Shown: in pieces, positions 1 to 16,395 of the stretch
Layout: each line of letters opens with the position of its first letter
Numbering within the stretch: position 1 is the first letter of the stretch
DNA from: the human T2T-CHM13v2.0 reference genome, Homo sapiens
DNA length: 64,000 bases
Reading direction: 5' to 3' (one strand)
NCBI RefSeq assembly: GCF_009914755.1
Contig: NC_060928.1
The notes under the pieces: generated by a model
The model's input: the letters and a program-made list of their open reading frames with translations, nothing else
Database searches by the model: none
What the model was told of the DNA's origin: nothing
Translations under genes and position numbers: made by a program

Positions 1-281
1 CATTTCCCTGATGATTAGTGCCTTTGAGCACCTTTTCATATACCTGTTGGCCATTTGTGTGTCTTCTTCGGAGAAATGTCTATTCAAGTCTTTAGCCTGT
101 TTTTTAATAGGATTATTGGGTCTTTTGCCATTGAGTTGTAGGAGTTTCTATATATTTTAATTCCTTCAAGGGGAAAGAGGAGACAAAGACTATTTTAGCG
201 AAGTAACAGTACAGAGGTGTGCTAACGGCCAGAGGAAAAGAAAAGGTCTCTCACAGAGCAGGTGAAGTGGAAAACACTGAA

Positions 282-588
282 TTTTTTTTTTTTTTTTTTT
301 TTTCTTGATGGAGTCTTGCTCTGTCATCCAGGCTGGAGTGCAGTGGTGCGATCTTGGCTGACTGCAACCTCCGCCCCCTAGGTTCAAGCAATTCTCCTGC
401 CTCAGCTTCCTGAGTAGCTGGGATTACAGGTGCCTGCTACCACGCCTGGCTAATTTTTTGTATTTTTCAGTAGAGACGGATGTTTTGCCATGTTGGCCAG
501 GCTGGTCTCAAACTCCTGACCTCAGGTGATCCACCCGCCTCGGCCTCCAAAAGTGCTGAGATTACAGGCGTGAGCCACCACTCCCAGA
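282..588 (-). mobile_element. Alu (AluS-type), full length
   Basis: Poly(T) at 282-303 followed by reverse-complement Alu body (GGAGTCTTGCTCTGTC...GGATTACAGG...GCGTGAGCCACC). Confidence 0.95.
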
Positions 589-2475
589 TTGAATTTATTA
601 ATGCTAGAGAACTATCTCACAACTTTGCCTTATTTTACAAGTTAAAACCCACCCACTGAATCAAAGACACCCCTTTCTAGAGAAGGTCCTCAGCCTCTGG
701 CAGCATCGTCTATCTGACTGCTGCTACTCCAAGACGGCCTTGCTCCAGCCCTCCCTTAGAGACACCCTGGAATTCTCTAGAATTCTCCACAGGCCAGGCC
801 AGCTACTGAGCCCCAACAGAGCCTTCTCCAAGAAGTAACTGTTAACACTCTCCTCCCTCCCCTGCCAAGTGATCCCAAGGCTCTGGAGAAACAGAAGATG
901 GCTCTTCACAAAACAACAACAATTGACACTTCCATCATTGCCCTGCCCAGCTCTGCTGAGTACACAAGGGACCATCATCACCAACCAGGGGCTGAGCCAA
1001 ACAGAGCTGCCCTCTGGAAAAATGGAACTAAGTCAACCAGAGAAGGGACACAGGAGAAGTGAGACAATCAGGGAAGCTGAGGAGCCCAGGGATGCGGCAC
1101 TGGAGCTGAAAAAGTGATGATGTGGAAACAGGGCTGGCAGCCATTGGGCTGAAACTCAGGCCAGGTGAGTCAGTGCATAAAGGGGCTCCTAGGAAGGTCA
1201 GCAGTCTCGACCTTGCCTCTGCAGAGCCCAGTCCCACTTCACAGGAGATGTGGCTTCACCTCACTTTCTCACCTTGGAGTCCATGATGTGTCTGAATCCT
1301 CGTCATGCATCTGCTGTCCAGTTGAGTGGGTTTCCTCCTTGCAAACAAAGGAACCTGAACAAAAGCAAAGGACAGGGACCACGTCCCTGGGCTCCTCAGT
1401 TTCCCCAGTTGTCTCACTTCCCCCACATATACACTCAACCCACCTCTGCCCCATTTAGGTCCTAAACGTTAGGAGAAAACATCGGCATGAAACAGTCCCA
1501 GAAGACATCCTTTCCCACAGAACAACAGGAGGCAATGGCCTGCAGCATCTAGAGACTTCATCACCAAGCCCTTCAAGCCAGGCAATCGTTCTGCTCCATA
1601 ACTAACAAAACACAGGTTTGCTTATTTAGACATTAAAACACGCATTTTTAAAAACACCAGAGGGTTCCCAAGAGTACACAGAGCGTGTCTGCTGCAGTGC
1701 ACCCTTCTCATCTACCACTGAATTCCAGCTCCTCACAAAGAACCGTGGACATCTGCCCTTAACGAGCTACTAAACTTTTATCACGCTAGATTTTTTTAAA
1801 TCTCCCCTTTAACCCAAGCAAACATTATTTTCCTATATAACTGAATGTATCATTGCTCCACACTTTACAGTAATCTAACTTGATGAAACAGCCTTGGCCC
1901 AGGAGGCTGTTTAACGTTTGAGGAGCCCACGTCAGATTGATCAGTTGCACTTCCTACCAAATACACAGATGTCCCTAGAATGCTGGTAAGCAGAGGCAGC
2001 GGCCCACACTCTTCTTTGTTTAGGTGAATGCCTCTCCATCTTTAGTCCCTGCCCTACCATCCATCTCTGCTGCTTTATGCAAGAGCCCCTCACTTTCCTC
2101 CTGATTCATTCTTGTTCTTGTTACAGCCCATCTTCTTTGAAGCTGTCAGAGTGATCTTTGAAAAACATAAATCAGGCCATGTCCCTCCCATGCTTTAAAA
2201 TCTCCACTGGATTCCCACATCACTGAAAATAAAGTCTAAACTCCTCACATCACCCACAGTATGGAGGGACCTGGGGTCTTATCATCTCTGACCTTATCTT
2301 AGACCACAGCCTCGAACTCTCCCAGCTGTGGCCACATAGGGAGTTGCTTCCCACCTGGCCTCTGCCTGGAACACTACCCAGAAGATCGAAGGTTAATCAC
2401 GACCTTTCCAGGGAGACCTCCTGTGACCACCCCTAGTCTGAATACCCCTCCCTGCATGTCTCACACACACCCCAT

Positions 2476-3071
2476 TGAAACCATGCCTATCAACTTTATA
2501 AAATTAGGGAAGAAGGGAGGCGGGGAAACAAAGATAAATCAAGCTTGCAGCACATGCAACATGAATCATGAGATCTGCCTGCTCTTGGATCTGCTTCCTC
2601 ATAGTTGTTGGTGCCTATTGCCTCAGAATCACATAGAACACATAGACCCTGTTACAAGATTATAGTTCCCCTTAACTGCTCTACAAATAAAAATTTGAAC
2701 ATCATAAAACGTTGTTTTCCCTTTGAGATGTTCTTTCAGGTCCCACATACCAGTGAAACTACTGACGTCAGCTGGTCTGCAGGACCCCACAAGAGCTGAC
2801 TCACCAACGAAGGCAGTTTCCATGTCTCAATGATTTCCTGCCCCTTATCCTAACCAATCAACGACCCCAATTTTCTAGCCCCTCACTCTCCATGAACTGC
2901 TTAAAAACCCAGCCCAGAACTCCTTGGGGAGATGGATTTGAGGGTCTTCTACCATCTGCTCACTCGGCCCCCTGCAGCCATTAAACTCTTTCTCTGATGC
3001 AAACCCTGCTGCCTCAGTGTAATTGGTCTGTTCCTGTGCAACGGGCATAGGAAACTGTTGGTCCTATAACA
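2476..3071 (+). mobile_element. ERV1-class solo LTR (LTR26-like), inserted in an L2 fragment
   Basis: Starts TGAAACC, ends TATAACA, with ATTAAA poly(A)-type signal near 2,980; resembles the recalled LTR26 consensus; flanks look L2-like. Confidence 0.65.
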
Positions 3072-5232
3072 CTTCCTGTTGCTGATCATTGTCTATCCCA
3101 TCACATGATCTTTTTGGAATCTTTATAGCACTTCTCACTTTCAGAAATTATCTTGTAACTGCATTCAATTTTGTTGTTTTATTCTGTCTCTACCTGCAAG
3201 ATTATAAATTCCATCAAAGCCAAGGCTCTAGGTTCTAAAACAATGCCTGGCACATGATAGAGCCTCCAAAAATATTTATTGGAAGAACAATCCTCTGACT
3301 TGTGATTGAAAGAGTTATAATTTTTCAGGTAGTTTTGCACAAAAGACTTTTGTCCTCCATTTATAAGTCTGAAGTACTAATTTCTACTTTAATATTACTT
3401 TTTCCACTGATAATAGAAATAATAGTCATCATGTGATTTTGAAATACCACTCTATATTAAATACCTAAGTAATCTGCATCTATTATAGGTCAACAAAAAA
3501 GAACCGGATATTACCTCTCTCCTATAATTGGATTGTATTTTCTGAAGAATCATGTTATTCTGGAGTTTTACCTTCTAATTTTCTTTTGTATTATATGTTT
3601 TTATTCCCTGCAAATAAATGGGCAGTTTTTTTCCATTTTGTGTGCAAATCAGGAAAGAAATATTTAAACCAGACAACAGCTTTCTAGAAATGACCTAACT
3701 GGTATATATTAGAGCATAGGGCTTCTCAACAAAGAAATAAATGTGTTGTTCCTAGAAAATATTTTATTGAAACTTACCCCATCACCAACATGGTCTGTGG
3801 GAACAAGTCTAGAAGAGGATGAAGAAACAAATGACTGGGTCAAGTGGACATTATCGTTCCCCAAAAATGGTCTCTCGTAAACATGGTTAGCCTCTGTTCA
3901 TATGTGCCACACCTGTCTCTCTCTCTCCCTCCTTTTATACCAACATTATCATGATGGCCTCTGTTTGCTTCCCACATGCCACACATTGTCCTAAGCTTTG
4001 TCTTGTATTCACATGTACGAACTCCTTTAACTCTTAACCTCAGAAGGTGAATGTTAAAATGTCCATTTTACAGATCAGAAAGCTGAGGATTAGTAATGTG
4101 CAGAGCTGACTGCAAGACACAAGACCTTCGCCATCACATTATACTTACATTTCTTTCTAGAACTTTCATATGGCAAGATTTTTATTTAGAAGGGTCAAAA
4201 CTTTAAAGCAATATAGAATTCTTACACAAAGCTGCCTAGGAAAATATAACTGTTTCAAAGATCCTTCTCTTCCCAGTTAAAAAAAAGGTGGGGGGATCTA
4301 AAGTCTATATTTTTCTCACCAGTAAAAATGATGGCAGTATTAATAACCACCTTGTTGAATTCATCATTACAAGTAATCTTTCTTTCTTCCTTTGACTTCA
4401 TAAACACTGCATATTCAGTCTGGGCCAGATGCCTACAGACATCTTTGAAAACAGTATTTCATCATCTGAATATTTGACCATTTGAAGGAAAAAAAAATAG
4501 CTGTTCCAAATTCCTGCCTTTATACATGTTTTCAAGGCTCAGTGGAAATGTACCTCTCTGCCTCTTGTTGTCCCTCAAATGACCACCCACAGATGCCTCT
4601 TCTGTTATGAAAGACTGTCTCAGAAACCAAAAGCTGTCTAAGAAAATTATCATTTCTTTTCAGAACTCTTCTGAGTCTGCTCAAAGACAAGAAACTACAG
4701 GGAATTTGATTAGAATCACAAATAGATCTAAGAGTAATAGTAAAGGAAGTTAACAAAGCTGAGATAATCAGCACTTCAGCTTGGGTTCCTAATCAAATAA
4801 ATCTTTGATTTTCATTATTTTGTTTAATCTGAAATACCCCTTGCCAGCATATACCATAAACTTTGCTTTGATGTCTGCATAAAAATGGATATTGTTTCTA
4901 TATTTGTACTGTGTCTTATTGACTGGAATTAAGTTCACCATCAAATAAGAATTTTAACATTTTCTTAAACATTCAGGGCTTGTCATATTTTCTACCCTGG
5001 CTACAGAAAATCCTCTGACTATCCCTTTTTAGGCTACTAAATATCTCTTTTAAAAGCTGGCTGACTTCTAAAACAAGCACGACCCTAATGGCACTTTCAA
5101 TGAGAGTCTCTTCTACATATGTACATAGGTCAGTTGCTGATTTATTTTAGTCCAGTTCTTCTACCTACATTACAGTCATTACATTCTATGCCATGAAGTG
5201 CCTCATGGGACCAAGAGAGCTAGACTGTGTGA

Positions 5233-6026
<794 letters not shown>

Positions 6027-6585
6027 GACTATCTAACATTGTTGTCATTTCCAGTGAAGCTTCAGCTGCTTCCTTTAGTTAACAAAATGTGTTCTAATTG
6101 CATAGGGAGGTCTAAGAAGTTCTACTCTCTCGACCTCATTCCTTCCATCATTGTGCACTAGTTATAATATGACTTTGAATAGGCAAAGGTTAGGATCCAT
6201 TCGCTTCCTTGTTGACAGCCAGCTAAAAGACACTAGGCCACACATTCACCACTCTTTTCTAAACTATAAATCTTGAGATCACTGTATTTCTGAATGACCA
6301 CCTGCCCTGGGTTGTTCATTTTACTTATTTTTTCATAAGTGAAATTTTTTCATACTCTATTCAATCACGTGTGGCGTGGAATACTGTTCCATGTGCTGGA
6401 AACACAAGGATAAATAAATATGCTGCCTTTGTGGAGTTTACAGTCTAGTGGGGAGACATAAAAAATAGCGGCAAAAAATAATATCTCTTGGCATTAACAT
6501 CCCCAACAAAGGGCCTGGGATTTCAACTCTATTACTATAATAATGATATTTTAGAATGAGGCAAATGACGGGGGTGTAAGGAGGT

Positions 6586-7010
6586 TGTTACTGGCTGAAC
6601 TGTGTTCCTCCTACCCCCTAAGGAAATTCATGTTGAAGTCTTAACACCCAGTGCCTTAGAATGTGACTGCATTTGGAGACATGGACCTTCACAGACGTGA
6701 CTGCATTTAAACTCTGGTCTTTAGGGTGAATCCTAACCCAGTATGACAGCTGTCATTATAAAAGGGGGAAATTTGAACACAGGCAGGCACAGAAGGAAGA
6801 CCATGTGAAGATACAGGGAGAAGATGGCCAACTACAAGGCAAGGATGGGGGCCTAGAACAGAGCCTTTCCCTCATGGGCCTGAGAAGGAACCAAATCTGC
6901 CAACACCTTGATCTCAGACTTTCAACCTTCGGAACTGTGAGGAAATAATTTCTGTTGTTTAAGACACCGAGCCCGTGGTACTTGTTACAGCAGCTCTTGC
7001 AAACTAATAC
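6586..7010 (+). mobile_element. MaLR solo LTR (MLT1B-like)
   Basis: AGAATGTGACTGCATTTGGAGA, GGAACTGTGAGGAAATAATTTCTGTTGTTTAAG and AAACTAATACA terminus. Confidence 0.85.
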
Positions 7011-7099
7011 AGAGGCTAAGCTTAATAATGATGTACAGCAATGGCTGAAGATAAGAACAAGTAAGGGAGTTCTCATAAAGGCTTCATCAACCTGACCTA

Positions 7100-8439
<1,340 letters not shown>

Positions 8440-8889
8440 ATCTGTATTTGACATATTGTGTTTGAAATATCTGAGACTGTCAAGAAGCCAGTTAGTTAAA
8501 TAGTTCCGAGTCTCAGGCAAGAGGTCTTATTTTGAAATACAAATCTGAAAGATAGTCATGTGACTGATTTCCATCCATGAGTAGATTGTCACAAAAAAAA
8601 AAACAAGAATAGAATAAAGGAACAAGAGATCCAAGTTAGGACCCCACGAACATCAACATCTAACATCAGGCAAAGCAGGAAAGTCAATTAGGGAGAAGAG
8701 GAAACCGATGAAATACACGAGAGAAGTCAAAGGAAATTCTCAACAGAGTCAAAGTCATAGTAATGTCTAAAAAAACAAATAGGGCTGATAAGAGTCCCAA
8801 ACATTTGGGAATTATAAAGTCATTGCCAGAAGAGTTTTAGCAAAGCATTGAAGGCTGACTCTTACCAGCCATCATTAAAGAATGAATGG

Positions 8890-9188
8890 GGCCGGGGCAG
8901 TGGCTCAAGCCTGTAATCCCAGTGCCTTGAGAGGCTGAAGTGGGAGGATCACTTGAGGCCAGAAGTTTGAGACCAGCCTGGGCAACATAGCAAGACTCTG
9001 TCACTACAAAAAAATAAAAAATTAGCTGGGCTTTGTGGCTTGCGCCTGCAGTCCTAGATATTCGAGAGGCTGAGATGGAAGGATCACTTGAGTCTTGGAG
9101 TTTAAGGCTGCAATAGCCATCATTGTGCCACTGCACTCCAGCCTGGACAACATAGCAAAAGCAAGTCTCTGAAAAAAATTAAAATAAA
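8890..9188 (+). mobile_element. Alu (AluJ-type)
   Basis: Diverged Alu dimer with A-rich tail. Confidence 0.9.
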
Positions 9189-9242
9189 TTTTGTTTACAA
9201 AAGTGCCTGGAAGGGGATGAATTGGAAACAATGAGTATAACT

Positions 9243-9627
9243 ACTATGGTTTGAATGTGTCCCCCAAAGTTCAAGTGTTGGAAACTTAATCCCCAATGCA
9301 ACAGTGTTGAGTGTTTAAGAGTTAATTATGTGATGAAGGCCCTGCTCTCATGAATGGATTACTGTCATTATCTCCAGAGTTGGTTAGTTGTTCCAAGAGT
9401 GAGCTTATTATAAGAGGGAGCTCACCTCCTCTTGCCCTCTTGCTCTCATGCGTTCCTGCCCTTCTACCTTCTGCCATGAAATGATGCAACACGAAGGCCC
9501 TCACCAAACATCAGCACCATGCTCTTGGACTTACCAACCTCCAGAACTGTAAGAAATAAATCTCTGTTTTTTATAAATTACCCAGTCTGTGGTATTCTGT
9601 TATAGCAACACAAAATGAACTAAGATA
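9243..9627 (+). mobile_element. MaLR solo LTR (MST family)
   Basis: CTATGGTTTGAATGTGTCCCC start; ATAAATTACCCAGTCTGTGGTATTCTGTTATAGCAACACAAAATGAACTAAGA end. Confidence 0.85.
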
Positions 9628-11214
9628 ATTATCTAGCTGAGCTTGGCAGATAGGCTGCTTTAGACACTATCTGCCTCTTTGCTCAAAGAATCTGTGAGCT
9701 ACTGGTGGCAGCCAATGTCACACTCATGCTGATTAATGCCATTAAAAGGTATAGTACCCAGCATTAGCTGGGCCTTTCATGCCATGCAACAAAGGGAAAA
9801 AAAGAGACAAATAACCCCTAAAGGGAAGTGAAAGATTGATGGGAGAATTTTTCAAGATGGGAGAGATTTTGGTACATTTATTCCTAATTTTATTGAGTCA
9901 TAAAGCTGTAACTGATGCATTGAAGTCCTGGAGAGGATGGCAAGGGATGATATCCACAGCACAGGTGGAAGAAAAGCTAGGGGTGGAAAGATAAGAGATT
10001 TCCAGATATGAGACAAGAGGTTGAGGGAATTCACATTGGGTGACCATGAATCCTTACCTGGAAGGAAGCCCATTGGTGGGCAGGGGAGTTGGGGACAGTG
10101 GGAAATGTTCAGAGCTGCAGATATGAACAGTGAGTGAGCTTGATATTCCATACGATATTTGCTAGATGACGCTGAAGTTGAGGATAATAAAATTATACTG
10201 GCATTCTTTGGTATGGCTGGTTTTTTCCAACAGCAGGAAATAGCTTGCATGCAGAAGCAAACAGAACAGTTGGTTGCACCAATCCAAGACTAGGATTTTT
10301 GTGGACAGATATAGAAGGGTGAGAGATTAAGAGCTTTGAGGTTTTAGCAAGACAGTGGTTAACATAATATATCATGGGATCTCTCAGCTGGCTAAAAGGA
10401 GTCAGGGGAAAAGCATGGTTAATGAACTTGGAAAAAGGGAGAGTAGGGGAGCAAGCAGAGAGGCTATGAGGGTATAACCAGATATGGTTACACTGGAGTT
10501 TAATGTTCTGGAAGCAGAGACATTACAGAAGACAAGGCCAGAGTGTGGGCAATGTGACTGAGCTGGCAAAGTATGGTGGGGATGAAGTCTTGCAACTCTG
10601 AAGCTAAGTCACTGGATATTTCCTGCACACGCAGATGCTGAAGACCACCCTGATGGTGGCAGTTCAGATAGCAAAGAGGACATGAGCCAAGGGACTGAGC
10701 CTTCATGGGACCAGAGGAAGTAACAGGGATACAATAAGACAGCCAGGAAAAAGGGTAGAATATGGTCTATGGGAATTTCACTGGGAGGTATGGGATCATA
10801 CAGTTTTGCAGGATTATGGCAAAGGAATGTTTTGGAAGCAATAGTGACCACAGCTCCTTTGAGCCTGGGAAGTGTAGACAAATGAATAGTCACTCCCCCT
10901 GCCCTCTCCAGAATGCACTTTCTTGGGGAAAAATCAGATGTGGGGAGGGAGAGTTTAATGAACCGGGGTCCAAAGACGTTGTTGAAAAAAATTATGAGAA
11001 AGTCAAGTGAGAAAGAAAGAGGGGCAAGCCAGAGAGAATGAGAATGACCTTCACTGTGGGGTTTAATGTTTCATCTTGAATATGAGCTTTATTTTTCACA
11101 AATATCTTTAAGATTTCTAGCCTGGGTCCAATCAGACAAACAATAATGATGCCATAGGATATAGTCAACATTCCTCTTCTCTTGGAATTATCTCAGGAAT
11201 AACAAAAGATACTG

Positions 11215-11552
11215 TTTTTTGTTTGTTTGTTTGTTTGTTTGTTTGTTTGTTTTAAGATGGAGTCTTGCTCTGTCCCCCAGGCTAGAGTGCAGTGGCGCAA
11301 ACTCGGGTCACTGCAACCTCCGCTCCCAGGTTCACGCCATTCTCCTGCCTCAGCCTCCCGAGTAGCTGGGACTACAGGCACCCGACACCACGCCTGGCTA
11401 ATTTATTATTTATTTATTTATTTATTTATTTTTTAGTAGAGATGGGGTTTAACCATGTTAGCCAGGATGGTCTCGATCTCTTGACCTCGTGATCCACCCG
11501 CCTTGGCCTCCCAAAGTGCTGGGATTACAGGCGTGAGCCACCGTGCCTGACC
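11215..11552 (-). mobile_element. Alu (AluY/Sc-like) with (GTTT)n tail and (TTTA)n-expanded linker
   Basis: TTCACGCCATTCTCC and GGATGGTCTCGATCTC diagnostics; TSD AGATACTGTTT at 11,207-11,217 and 11,554-11,564. Confidence 0.95.
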
Positions 11553-11907
11553 GAGATACTGTTTAGAGTCCAGGTTTATTCCTTGTTTTGAAGTTAGGTA
11601 GTTCAGTAAATAGAACAAGAAAGATTTTTCTCTGTAGATCTCAACAGAACATAGGCCAGTAGGTATTTGCAGAGATATTATACCCTGGAAGGAAAGAAAA
11701 AAAGGCTCTGATAACTGGAGTTAAACTCTTGATGTAAACTATTTGCTTGGATCCCTTGACCAACATTTGGTTCTAGCAGCCAAAAGAATTTGCAAAAACT
11801 AAAGATGAAGGAAGGTCATCAGAGTTGTAAGAATGACCTCTTGACTAATATGTATGGTTGTTAAAAAGGGTTATTTTGGGGTTTTCAAATGCACAAAGAA
11901 AATATTG

Positions 11908-12232
<325 letters not shown>

Positions 12233-12269
12233 TTATTTTATGATATTCTCCATCTGGTACCCTTACATG

Positions 12270-12720
12270 TACCTGTCTGGAGTGTAAGTTGGTGCATCTT
12301 TTCAGAGAGGCAATTACATTTGTACGGCCTTTAACCCAGTAGCTCTACTACTGGGTATTACCCTAAAGAAATACTCATAGATATGTACGTGATTTAGTCA
12401 TAATTGGTGACAACCTAAATACCCAATGATACAGGATGGTTAAATAAATGGTTCTATTAACATACAATGGGATACTACAGGGCCACTAAAAATTATATGG
12501 AGGCATATGAAATATTATATGGCAGGTCAGTTATGATTTATTGGACTAAAATAAGGTTACACAAATATTTACATGTGATACCAACTTAAATATGAAATGC
12601 ATACACCTAGAAAGAAGACGGGAAATATATAAATCAAAATATCTGTGATTATCTCTAGGTATTTAGACGATGTATGGTTTTGATTCGATTTTTCTTCTTT
12701 TTTCAACTTTTCTAAGAAAA
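12270..12720 (+). mobile_element. Ancient L1 (L1M-type) 3' fragment
   Basis: ACAACCTAAATACCCAA...GGTTAAATAAAT...CATACAATGGGATACTAC, typical of old L1 3' regions. Confidence 0.6.
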
Positions 12721-13198
12721 AAAATCCAAAACAAAAATATATATCTACAATAAGAAAAATTAATAATATGCTTTTATCAGTTTCCTGGGTATATTACTTG
12801 CAAAAATAATGCTCTAAGAAGCCAAGTTTAAATTTTTTTAATTAAAAGGTAAAATATAAAGGAAGACAATATTCCCTATATGTGAAAATATCCTAATTTC
12901 AAGGGGAAACTCCCTTTTTAGCAAAAAGGTCTTTTGGGGAGGGTCTTAAAGGAAATGGCTCTGCCCATCTAAGTTCTGACCCTTTCTGTTTTGCTAATAA
13001 TCACGTGGCTATTAGGGGCTGATGTCTTTAAATTCCAAGAATGAGTTAAAGATTATTTCTCTGGTCACATGATTAATAAAGATGTTTAGTTAGTGCCTAT
13101 TTCATTCCCTACACTGTATTTAATGTTATGGATGGTGTAAATAATGAAAAAAAAAAAAACTCAAGGTATTCAGAAATCAATTAAGGAAAAAAAAACTG

Positions 13199-13507
13199 GG
13201 CCAGGTGCAGTGGTTCACTCCTGTAATCCCAGCACTTTGGGAGGCTGAGGCAGGCAATAGCTTGAGCTCAGGAGTTCGAGACCAGCCTGGGAAGCATGGT
13301 GAAACCCTGCCTCTACAAAAAATACAAAAATTAGCCAGGCATGGTGTTGCACACCTGTAGTCCAAGCCACTCAGGAGGCTGAAGTGGGAGACTTGCTTGA
13401 GCCCCAAGAGATTCAATCTGCAGTTAGCCAAGATTGCGCCGCTGAAATCCAGCATGAGCGACAGAGCGAGACCCTGTCTAAAAATAAACAAACAACAACA
13501 AAAAAAA
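13199..13507 (+). mobile_element. Alu (AluJ-like)
   Basis: Alu dimer with AAC-rich tail. Confidence 0.92.
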
Positions 13508-14623
13508 CTGTAGATATTTACTTTAAATACAATAGGCATAAAATAACTAATAACAACAATTAGCATTCAAGCAGTGCTTTTTCCGAAGCCTTCTTAAATA
13601 CTGTATATGCCCAAATATAAGATGAGGTAGTTTCCCAAAACTCTCTGGAAATAAGAGATATTTGTGTATTTTTAAAGACTGACATATCATAGGACATTCT
13701 CTAGTTACTTTATTTAAACAACTAAGTGATGCTTGAAGAAGACTCAATAGCCTGAAATGACCTCAGACAAAGCTTTGGGATGTTTAGAGAGGTCACTTGA
13801 CAGAATTGGTTACAGTGGATGCAAAGAGATTTAATACAGATTTAGTCATTATTCCTGGAGTAAGGTGCCACAGTACAAATGTTTAATATCATTGTAAACA
13901 AGCATTTTAACATAACTCCCTAAGTGAATCTAATGTATATTTATTTAACATCTACTTTATTCTGGGTCTGTATTCAATGCTAATGGCTTCTCTTTTCAGC
14001 CGGCGAACTGTTCTTCCACCATAATGATAATGACTAAGAGGACACTTTACGGTTTACAAACACTCCCCAAAACATCATCATACTTGATTATACTAGCACA
14101 GTGAAAGAATGAATATGGCCAAAATTCTGGGAAAATAAACCGGTATGTATGTTAATAGAGATAAACAATGAAGCAACCATTGTTTTTCAGCAGCCTGTTC
14201 TCTAGGACTAGTTTAATTGGGAGAAATAATTTTTAAATTCTTTCTAATGAAACTGTTACTATCAGGGTCAAAAAAATCAATTAGCAATAAGTCCTATTTT
14301 CTGAAACAACAAGGGTTTGATAAACATGGTAAAGATGATTCCATTCTCTTTTACCATTTGTTTGGCTCTTTCATCAAAGCTATGTAACCCTCTTCGTTTG
14401 ACATCACACAAAGAAAGACCTAAAGGATTTCATTAGCACTGCTTCCTGGGCCTCACAGTGTGTCCTCAATTTCTGACGCTATTTCACTCTCCAGCTCGAG
14501 TGGCTAATTTTAATCCACAAAAAGTTTGGTAATTTATTGAAGTATAATAAATCCAAATAAAACTTCATCTTTGATTTACTAATTAAACTGTTCTTCTGAC
14601 ATTGTCAACAGAACAGATTTTAA

Positions 14624-14912
14624 TTTTTTTAGAAACTGGGTCTCACTCTATCCTCCAGGCTGGAATGCAGTCATGTAATCCTAGCTCACTGCAGCCTAGA
14701 ACTGCTGGGCTCAAGCCATCCTCCCGCCTCAGCCTCCCTAGTAGCTGAGACTACAGGTGCATGCCATCACACCTGGCTAAATGTTTTTATTTGTTGTAGA
14801 GGTGGGTCTTGCTATGTTGTCCAAGCTGGTCTCAAACTCCCGGCCTCAAGCAATCCCTCTGCTTCAGCCTCCCAAACGCTAGGATTGCAGCGTAAGCCAC
14901 AATGGCCTGCCT
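14624..14912 (-). mobile_element. Alu (AluJ-type)
   Basis: GGGTCTCACTCT...CTGGGCTCAAGCCATCCTCCC...CCTCCCAAA. Confidence 0.9.
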
Positions 14913-15619
14913 AGGGCGGATTTTAAATGATGCAAAGATCTTAATTATTATCAACCAAGTTTGAAAGCTTTCTTGCTTGTGACAGAACAACTGGAGAGGA
15001 GTTCCTACTTCTAAATTTCTAAAGTCAAAACAATGAGCAGGAAAGACTCTGCCTCCTTTCACCTGTTCTTCTTTCTAGGCACATTATTTTTCCTTCTTGG
15101 TACTTCACACAGTTTAAAAGAGATAATGATAGCTAGATGATAGGAAGGGAAAAAGAGAGAGAAAGAAAGAGGGAGAGACAGAGAAAGAGAGGGTGAAGAT
15201 GACGTGTGTATGGATATGGATGGACAGAGCTGTACTATTTTGTGTATATCTATTCATATGCACGCACATATCATCCGTCTATGTCTCTATCGTGTCTATC
15301 GTGTGTGTGTGTGTGTGTGACTTTTGTGTCTCTCTTACTAAATGAAAGCTCTCTTAGGGGGTAGGGCAAGCTCATTGTAGGTGCTCAATAAATTTCATTG
15401 AATGAAAAAAATTTAACACAATTTAAAAAAACTCTCGGCAGGTATTCCTTGACTAATTCCTTCTACACTTTCCTTCTGCCTCAAATGTCCCCACTCTCAT
15501 CCCCCATTCTCATCTCCCAGATGCTCTCCATTTCTTAAAGCCCAGAACAAATGTCGCTGCCTTCTTGAAACTTTCTGTGATTTTTCCAGCCAAAAGTAAA
15601 CTCCCTCTTCTCCAAATGA

Positions 15620-16104
<485 letters not shown>

Positions 16105-16159
16105 TGATGCTCCTCTCTCCACTCCTCCATCAGTTCATCCATCTGAATGCAGCCTAACA

Positions 16160-16395
16160 GGATAGTTAAAACATGGGCTCAGACACCAGACATGCTTCAT
16201 ATAAATCCTGGCTCTACCACTTACTAGCTGTGTGACCTTGGCTACGTTACTTCATCTCTCTGGGCCTCAGTTTCCTCATGGAATACTAATAATAGTACCC
16301 ACCTCATAGGGTAATTTGATGATGAAATGAGTGAATCCATGTAAAGCACTTTAAAATGTCTCTGGAATGTTACAGTAAGTGGTCTGTAAGTGGAT
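16160..16395 (+). mobile_element. MIR
   Basis: Core AATCCTGGCTCTACCACTTACTAGCTGTGTGACCTTGG...CCTCAGTTTCCTCAT. Confidence 0.85.

Noticed and set aside
9850-11010. Cluster of 60-130 aa ORFs
   Set aside because: Region looks like degraded L2-type repeat; no coherent protein or exon structure
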